A DNA stretch of 32,000 nucleotides from Thermoproteus tenax Kra 1. GTDB lineage: Archaea; Thermoproteota; Thermoprotei; Thermoproteales; Thermoproteaceae. How positions within the stretch are numbered: the first letter of the stretch is position 1; each line of letters begins with the position of its first letter. A program made the translations under genes and the position numbers. Positions 30,243 through 32,000 of the stretch are shown one piece after another. The stretch spans positions 540,001 through 572,000 of the forward strand of contig NC_016070.1 of assembly GCF_000253055.1 (NCBI RefSeq), given 5' to 3'. The notes under the pieces were generated by a model that saw nothing but the letters and a program-made list of their open reading frames with translations, was not told the DNA's origin and did no database searches.

Positions 30243-30612
30243 GAACTTGAACCTCGACTTCGACCTCGGGCGGAGTCTGCGATCTATCCACTTTAATGTA
30301 GACCTCCCTAGTGGGAGACCCCAGAGAATACCCGCTGTTCAGAGCCCAGAAGAGCACAGTTGCGTAGGCGTTGTCGACCTTCTCTGCGGATCCCGCAAAT
30401 TTATATACAGCCATCCTAGCAGAGGGCAGAGTCTTGTCTCCGTTTGGGTCTGGGGAGAAGACCTCGACCACCATGTTGTTGCCCTCCTTTCCGTGGAAGA
30501 CTAGTATCACGCCCGGCTTGAGATCTTGCAGAAGGGCCGCCCTATTGGGGACTCTCTTCATTGCGCTGAACCCTCTAACCTCTTGAACTTCTTTGACCTC
30601 GACTTGGGGCAT
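30235..30612 (-). CDS. small GyrI-like / effector-binding-domain-like protein (tentative)
   Basis: The 125-aa sequence ARMAVYKFAGSAEKVDNAYATVLFWALNSGYSLGSPTREVYI resembles the GyrI-like pattern (..Y..H.G.Y..l...y..l..W....gy......p.eiY). The assignment is from memory only. Confidence 0.4.
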   Translation of the reverse strand: MPQVEVKEVQEVRGFSAMKRVPNRAALLQDLKPGVILVFHGKEGNNMVVEVFSPDPNGDKTLPSARMAVYKFAGSAEKVDNAYATVLFWALNSGYSLGSPTREVYIKVDRSQTPPEVEVEVQVPI

Positions 30613-30638
30613 GGGGCCAAGGTTTATCTATCAAATAA

Positions 30639-31334
30639 ATGTTGATGGCCCCCAGGCCCGGAGACGTAGTGTATAAGTTCGAGGGGCCGTTGAAGCTTGT
30701 CGAAATAGTGGACCGTCCAAACCGCTTTCTAGTTAGAGTGACTGAGAGCGGGACAATCAAGCTGTGCCACCTCCACGACCCCGGCAGATTGCCGGAGTTA
30801 GTGAGGCCTGGAGCAGAGACTCTCGTGAGGCCCACGAGAGGCGCCAAGACGGACTGCTCCGTAACGGCAATAAGGGCGCCCAACGGACACTGGGTAGTCG
30901 CGGACAGCCGTATACACAGCGCTATCGCTAGGAAGTTCTTAGGCGAGGGAGCAGAACAGGAGGTGAAAGTGGGCGGCCACAGACTGGACTTCAAGCTGGG
31001 CGATACATATATAGAGGTCAAGGGATGTACCTTGGTTATTGACGGCGTTGCTCTGTTTCCTGACGCTCCAACGAGGCGGGGGGCGGAGCACATGTCGTTG
31101 CTCAAATCCTTGATAGAGGCTGGCTACAGAGCCAAGGTTATCGTCTTGGTCATGAGACCTGATGCGTTGTGCTTCTCTCCGAACTGGCGGACTGACCCGC
31201 GGTTTGCGGGCGCGTTCGTCGACTTGATAGACGCAGGCGGCGAGGCGGCTGTATATAAGTTTGAGTTTGCAGAGGACGGCTCAGTCGTCTACGCCGGCGA
31301 CATCGGGCTGTGCCCAAACTGGAGGAAGCGCTAG
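30639..31334 (+). CDS. sfsA: SfsA family protein (OB-fold plus PD-(D/E)xK-like nuclease fold)
   Basis: Motifs present are RPNRFLVRV, CHLHDPGRLPELV, RLDFKL..TYIEVKGCTLV and ALFPDAPTRRGAEHM. An alternative ATG lies at 30645. Confidence 0.85.
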   Translation: MLMAPRPGDVVYKFEGPLKLVEIVDRPNRFLVRVTESGTIKLCHLHDPGRLPELVRPGAETLVRPTRGAKTDCSVTAIRAPNGHWVVADSRIHSAIARKFLGEGAEQEVKVGGHRLDFKLGDTYIEVKGCTLVIDGVALFPDAPTRRGAEHMSLLKSLIEAGYRAKVIVLVMRPDALCFSPNWRTDPRFAGAFVDLIDAGGEAAVYKFEFAEDGSVVYAGDIGLCPNWRKR

Positions 31335-31344
31335 GGGGCAATAC

Positions 31345-31354
31345 ATATAAATAA
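31345..31354 (+). promoter_or_regulatory. TATA-like box ATATAAATAA upstream of the unlisted ORF
   Basis: It is centred about 21 nt upstream of GTG 31371 and directly follows the sfsA stop. Confidence 0.4.
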
Positions 31355-31370
31355 GGCATAGAGGACGCTT

Positions 31371-32000
31371 GTGGATATTATCTACTTAGTTCTAGCGGCC
31401 CTTCTAGGTTTAGAGATATGGACCGCCATCTACATCTACAGAGGGCTCAAGTCTATAGAGTCTGTGGTATATCCTGTGCTCGCAAACTCGATATGGATAC
31501 GCGAGAACAACAACGCGGTCGTCGAGGTTTTGGCCGATATATTAGCCGCGCGGGGGGTAATAAACTCCGACGAAAGAACCCTCTTGACGTCGCTTGTGCG
31601 CCAGTCTAGGCTGACTCTAAGCGATTTGGACAAAGCTGAGGAGCTCCTAAACAAGAGGCCGGAGGAGCTGACCTCGGAGGATATAAAGGAGTTGAAGCGC
31701 ATAGCTTCCGCTTTGTTAACGTGGCCCACGCGGAAGGCGGTGCGGTTGGCCATACGCCTGTTGTCCTATGTCTCGCAACTTGAGAACGACCGCGGAGTCC
31801 TCTCCGCGGATAAGGTGGAAGTCTCCTACATCGCTGAGACGTGTACGATCAAACTACAAGTAAAGAGGGGCGAGACCGTCGAGACGCTAGAGGAGGCCGA
31901 TGAGGAGTGTGTAGACAAGAGGGCCTCAGCCCTGAGGGAGCTCGCGCGTAAACGGGACGTTAACAACGCCAGAGATGCTCTCTCTATGTACGCGTTGTGT
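31371..32000 (+). CDS. 5' part of a hypothetical protein with an N-terminal transmembrane helix; it runs off the window end and is absent from the ORF track
   Basis: My hand translation gives 210 codons with no stop from GTG 31371 to 32000: (M)DIIYLVLAALLGLEIWTAIYIYRGLKS...EELLNKRPEELTSEDIKELKRIASALL...KRGETVETLEEADEECVDKRASALRELARKR. An in-frame TAG lies at 31359-31361. The composition is more protein-like than that of the overlapping minus-strand ORF 31436-31753. Confidence 0.55.
   Translation, partial: MDIIYLVLAALLGLEIWTAIYIYRGLKSIESVVYPVLANSIWIRENNNAVVEVLADILAARGVINSDERTLLTSLVRQSRLTLSDLDKAEELLNKRPEELTSEDIKELKRIASALLTWPTRKAVRLAIRLLSYVSQLENDRGVLSADKVEVSYIAETCTIKLQVKRGETVETLEEADEECVDKRASALRELARKRDVNNARDALSMYALC

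Noticed and set aside
30575-31105. A 176-aa minus-strand ORF overlapping sfsA.
   Set aside because: The SfsA frame carries the family motifs. The antisense product is Ser/Pro/Thr-rich with no recognisable features.
31436-31753. A 105-aa minus-strand ORF and a 63-aa plus-strand ORF (31418-31609) from the track.
   Set aside because: Both are overlapped by the 210-codon stop-free plus frame starting at 31371, which has a promoter-like box and a more protein-like sequence. The minus-strand product is Ser-rich and of low complexity.
1-32000. A search for CRISPR repeats, rRNA, tRNA, IS elements or integrases, prophage or defence-island signatures.
   Set aside because: I found no regularly spaced direct repeats, no rRNA- or tRNA-like segments, no transposase, integrase or nuclease-helicase defence gene sets, and no flanking direct repeats. 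The only repeats are intragenic (the surface protein) or short promoter palindromes. This was a by-eye scan, so small ncRNAs could have been missed.

Overview
This is a gene-dense archaeal chromosomal segment with about 36 protein-coding genes on both strands and very short spacers. I found no rRNA, tRNA, CRISPR array, transposase or integrase by eye. Archaeal hallmark genes are present (SRP54, Pus10, aIF-1A, ThiI). Most start codons are preceded at roughly 20-27 nt by a short AT-rich TATA-like box, which indicates leaderless-type promoters. Operon genes overlap by 1-8 nt (TGATG, TAGTG, TAATG, ATGA, ATGTCTGA). GC content in the mid-50s percent (by eye), sharply AT-rich spacers and the gene content suggest a hyperthermophilic crenarchaeon of Thermoproteales type; this is inference only. 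The region 1-11.1 kb is mostly housekeeping: thioesterase, deoC, SRP54, a TrmY-like/Pus10 pair, an OCD-family enzyme, ThiI, a PEBP protein and an MFS transporter. Two coherent themes follow. (i) A glutamine/ammonia hub lies on the minus strand at 11.2-20.1 kb: an ArgD/LysJ-type aminotransferase, a CN-hydrolase, NadE, a stand-alone class-II amidotransferase, GlnA and a split GltB-like glutamate synthase. A third GltB-like FMN protein and an AsnA-like truncated class-II aaRS paralogue sit at 25.0-27.7 kb, and their divergent promoters share a GGCCTATC box. (ii) A sulfur-carrier theme comprises a translationally coupled operon of a Cys-rich unknown protein, a wHTH protein and DsrC (22.85-24.17 kb), plus an orphan DUF1641 gene. 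It also includes a divergent dsrE-like | tusA / SQR-like flavoprotein / double-DUF1641 module at 27.7-30.2 kb. I consider the sulfur-relay module, possibly working with the DsrC operon, the best candidate for an undescribed system. The NadE gene flanked by two different glutaminase types and the GltB-like protein with a degenerate second barrel come next. All functional calls rest on motif recognition by eye. No database search was possible.
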